A DNA stretch of 64,000 nucleotides, taken from assembly GCF_035084215.1 (NCBI RefSeq), contig NC_090364.1:4526001-4590000 (forward strand), given 5' to 3'. Below the pieces are notes generated by a model that was not told where the DNA came from, made no database searches, and worked only from the letters and a program-made list of their open reading frames with translations. A program made the position numbers and the translations under genes. The first letter of the stretch is position 1; every line of letters starts with the position of its first letter. The DNA is from Heptranchias perlo (Eukaryota). Positions 58,908 to 64,000 of the stretch are shown here, one piece after another.

Positions 58908-60950
58908 CTAACGCGCGGAGGGAGCGGGGCCGCTAGTCGACCGCCACTCCCTCAAGAGCCCGGTGAGGAGGGATCTGAGCCGACGCAGCCCGACCCCGCC
59001 GTCGTCCCCTTCCGCGGCCACGGACGCGACGGCGGCCAGGACCGAGCGGATTAACTGCGCCGGCTCCGACCAACGGTCGAGGGCCAGCCGGACGCCATCG
59101 CGACGATGGCTCCAAACGGACACAAAATCCCGGAGTTCCTCAACGGGGATGAGGAGAGACTCGGTGCAGGGCACGAGGGCGTCCACCACCTCACTGGCGG
59201 CGAACTCCAAATCCTCCCCAGTGCCCACCACCGAGTTCCCGTCCTCCTCCGGGTCATCGTCGCTCGCGGCCGACCCACTCCCCGCACAGGGTGCGGAGAA
59301 CGAGACGGCCGCGCCGGCCGGCCCCGCCTCTGTCACGATCCCACCCCCCGGATCGTCGGCAGAGGAGTCCCCCCCGGGCTCTACCGGGGGCTCCGGGTCA
59401 GAGGGCGGCGCCGGGCGGGGACCCTCCCCATCCTCCGAGCGGTGAAAAACCGGCACCCGGATATAAGGGGAACCCGGGGAAACCGGGGAGAACGTGTACT
59501 CAAGTTCTCCCACCTCCCCCGGCTCCGAGCCCAGATACTGGGAGGAGGGGGTCTCCCCACCCACGTCGCCACCGACCGACCCGGCCGGTGAGATATTTTG
59601 ATTAAAACCCACCACCAGGTCGAGCAGGTCCTGGGAGAGGTCGAGCCGGGGGCAGACGAATTTGGCCGCAACGGCCTCGCCCACCCCGACACCCAGGACG
59701 CCCGACCCGGTGAACAGGGTAGTGTCGGGTAACTGCGGAGCCGCGACCCCCCCTATCGGCGGGGTCTCTCCATCCCCCCCGGGAGGCACGGGCACAATCT
59801 CCTCCCCCCGAGAGGTGGATGACCCCCGCCGCTGTTCGGATGTCACGGGCGGGGCCGCAGGATCCGCGACCGGCACCGACTCCCCTTCCACGGGGGGCCG
59901 TCCCTTAGCAGGGAGCCCGTTCGCTTCCGGGGAGTGGTGCCTCTTTTTCTTCCAGGAGGGTCGCGGAGGGAGGGGGGACTCCATGTCTGCTGGGACCCCC
60001 GCCTCCGCTCCCTCCTGATCACCCGCCAGCCCGGGCTCTGTCGCGACCGCGAGATGTTGACTGGCCGCGGTCACGGCCTCGGGCTGACTGAGATCTTCTC
60101 TGTGCCGGGGACCAGCCTCTAGATTCTTCCTCTTTCTCCGCGCCTTTCTCTGGCGAGGGTTCCCCTCCTCCCCCCTGGCGGAGGCCTCGACGCCAACCTC
60201 CACCCGCGCAGTTGACTCTCCCGACGCGGGGGCGGGGTTGGGGGGAGGAGCGGTGGCGGCGCCAGCCCCGACCGCCGTAGCTGTTTTGGCGGCCTGAGAG
60301 GCAGGGCAGTTCCTCTTCAGGTGCCCCACCTCCTTACAGGCATGGCACCGCCCACCCTCTGCCGTCCAAAAGACGCGGTAAGGGGTCCCCTCGTGGAGGG
60401 CGTTAAAGCCCCCCTCCGTAACCTCCTCCCGTGCCAGCTTGACGAATGCCTGGCGACGGAAGGAGTAAACATGCCGGAGGCTGTTCTCCCTGAGTCCGAG
60501 CGGCAGCGGCGTTACCCCCGACCTCACCTCCCCCAGTTGACGTAGGTGGGGGAGGAGGAGCTCGTCCGACAGGAAAGGCGGGACGTTGGATAAAATGACT
60601 CGCTGCGCGGTGGCCTCCAGCGGGTCCACCGGCAGGAAGGTCCCGCCAACCGTGAGCCCCTTACTAAGGGCCAGGGACACCGCCCGCTCGGACCTCAGGA
60701 AGAACACCGCCCTCCCGTACATTTTTGAGGCCGCGACGATGGCCGAGGGGCCGACAACCTCGGCCATGGCCTTAACGCAGGCCTCAATGGTCATGTTGGG
60801 GTGGGCGTAGCTCTTCACCCCATGCTTCCTCGTAATGAGGCGGAAAGGCGCCGGCCCAGCAGGAGCGGCACGAACTGTAGGAGCGGCCCCCGAGGTAACC
60901 GCCGCATACGTCCTGCTGGGTCCCGGCACCGGCGAAGATGGTGAAGCCAT
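58908..60950 (-). CDS. Tx1 ORF1, copy E
   Basis: Open 680-aa frame from ATG at 60950; CCHC knuckle. Confidence 0.93.
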   Translation of the reverse strand: MASPSSPVPGPSRTYAAVTSGAAPTVRAAPAGPAPFRLITRKHGVKSYAHPNMTIEACVKAMAEVVGPSAIVAASKMYGRAVFFLRSERAVSLALSKGLTVGGTFLPVDPLEATAQRVILSNVPPFLSDELLLPHLRQLGEVRSGVTPLPLGLRENSLRHVYSFRRQAFVKLAREEVTEGGFNALHEGTPYRVFWTAEGGRCHACKEVGHLKRNCPASQAAKTATAVGAGAATAPPPNPAPASGESTARVEVGVEASARGEEGNPRQRKARRKRKNLEAGPRHREDLSQPEAVTAASQHLAVATEPGLAGDQEGAEAGVPADMESPLPPRPSWKKKRHHSPEANGLPAKGRPPVEGESVPVADPAAPPVTSEQRRGSSTSRGEEIVPVPPGGDGETPPIGGVAAPQLPDTTLFTGSGVLGVGVGEAVAAKFVCPRLDLSQDLLDLVVGFNQNISPAGSVGGDVGGETPSSQYLGSEPGEVGELEYTFSPVSPGSPYIRVPVFHRSEDGEGPRPAPPSDPEPPVEPGGDSSADDPGGGIVTEAGPAGAAVSFSAPCAGSGSAASDDDPEEDGNSVVGTGEDLEFAASEVVDALVPCTESLLIPVEELRDFVSVWSHRRDGVRLALDRWSEPAQLIRSVLAAVASVAAEGDDGGVGLRRLRSLLTGLLREWRSTSGPAPSAR

Positions 60951-62015
60951 GACTGAGAGAGCCACACCCACCCCAAGTCTCGGGCCTACTGATGAATTTA
61001 GGCCTTTTTTTTTAAAAGAAGCCCTGAGGAAACCTCTCTCCCCGAATCCCAGAGCTTGGTTGGGAGAGGGGCCCCTTTGCTGGTTTTATTTCCCCCAGAA
61101 TATCCGGGAGAGCAAGAGAAGGTGGGAGGGATTAATGGTGGAATGGGAAGGAGGGAGTCTGCAGGGGTAGGCTGCTGCAGAAGTGGGTGGAAGAGGGGCG
61201 GGGTTGCACCTTAAAAGGTGGATCTTATTCTGCCTGTCTTCCAGTGGGCAGGGGGAGGAGATGTCTTCCCCTAGACAGCTGGAGCTGCCGAGGCTCAGTC
61301 CTCCAAAGATTGAAAAAGTAACTTCACCCAGGCAGCTCCAGCTGTCCTGGGCCAGACACTTGGGGGAACCCCCTGTCCTCTAAGGTCTTCTTCCTCCCCC
61401 TACCTTCAGCCGACGCACCTCACTGCACCGACCTCCTCTTCCTCCCTCTGTTCGGTGTCGCAAACCACCAGCAGCAGCAGCAGCAGCACAACCCCTCCCG
61501 GCTGCTGTTTGGTCGTATTCTTCTTCACCCTCCCTCCTTGTTGATGGTGGTTTCTCCTTCTCCTTCTCCTTGACTCAGAGGGACCCGGGCAAGGGCCTGC
61601 TCTCTCTGCTCTCTCTGCTCTCCACTCAGTGGCAGTTCAGCCACAATCAGCTCCAATGCCGAGCTGGTGTGTCTCAAAGACAACCCAACAGAGATGTGAT
61701 CAGATTCCGTTTGAGGAAAGTCAAAGAAACCAACAGCAATGGCATCACAGAATAATTCTCCAATCCCACCTGTATTCCAAAGCTCTGATTGGCTCTGGAT
61801 ATCAATCTCTCCCCCAGAGCCCTGTCCTTTGTTAATTGGTGCTTGGATTCATGGACGATTCCTGAGTGGTTATCGAGGATTGTCAATCATCATTGGTGAT
61901 GTCATTCCTTGCTTCAATGCTGGCTGTCCCAGTAGTATAAATACAAGAGCTTGTGAATGAAGAGGGTAGTTGTAGAACTGTCCAGGTGATAGTGAAAACA
62001 TAGGATACAGGAAAG

Positions 62016-63912
<1,897 letters not shown>

Positions 63913-64000
63913 ACTGACGGCAGGGATAAAGTTTATTAGTGTTCATGTTCATGTTGTCTTGACACTCCCCCATCCTGTAGCAGTCATGACTTGTGTGGCT

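Larger units (their letters stand above)
54869..61671 (-). mobile_element. Full-length Tx1 copy E with both ORFs intact
   Basis: Clean ~21-nt poly(T) at 54869-54889; uninterrupted ORF1 and ORF2; 5' end abuts the ferritin copy-9 upstream region. Confidence 0.96.

Overview
Eukaryotic genomic DNA, most likely from a cartilaginous fish; the taxon is inferred from the SINE/LINE families present. The window holds a tandem array of nine 4-exon ferritin genes (H/M-type, 176 aa, + strand, about 5 kb unit). Seven have intact ORFs, one is a multi-hit pseudogene and one is truncated in exon 2. Two head-to-tail stacks of young, GC-rich Tx1-clade non-LTR retrotransposons (- strand; 1-7946 and 45608-61671) interrupt the array, and each stack ends head-to-head against a ferritin promoter. 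Fragments of ferritin promoter sit between the stacked elements. Older sense-strand Tx1 3' remnants with target-site duplications and a bare poly(T) insertion with a TSD fall in the same ~200 bp promoter window. Together this suggests a Tx1 lineage that repeatedly targets the promoter of a multicopy protein-coding gene. Other notable points: the ferritin leaders lack an IRE, one paralog lineage has lost ferroxidase ligand E62, and the Tx1 5' UTR has conserved nested inverted repeats. The window also shows a higher-order duplication structure, DeuSINE-like and other tRNA-SINEs, and a 5'-truncated CR1-group LINE. No database searches were possible, so family names come from motif recognition.
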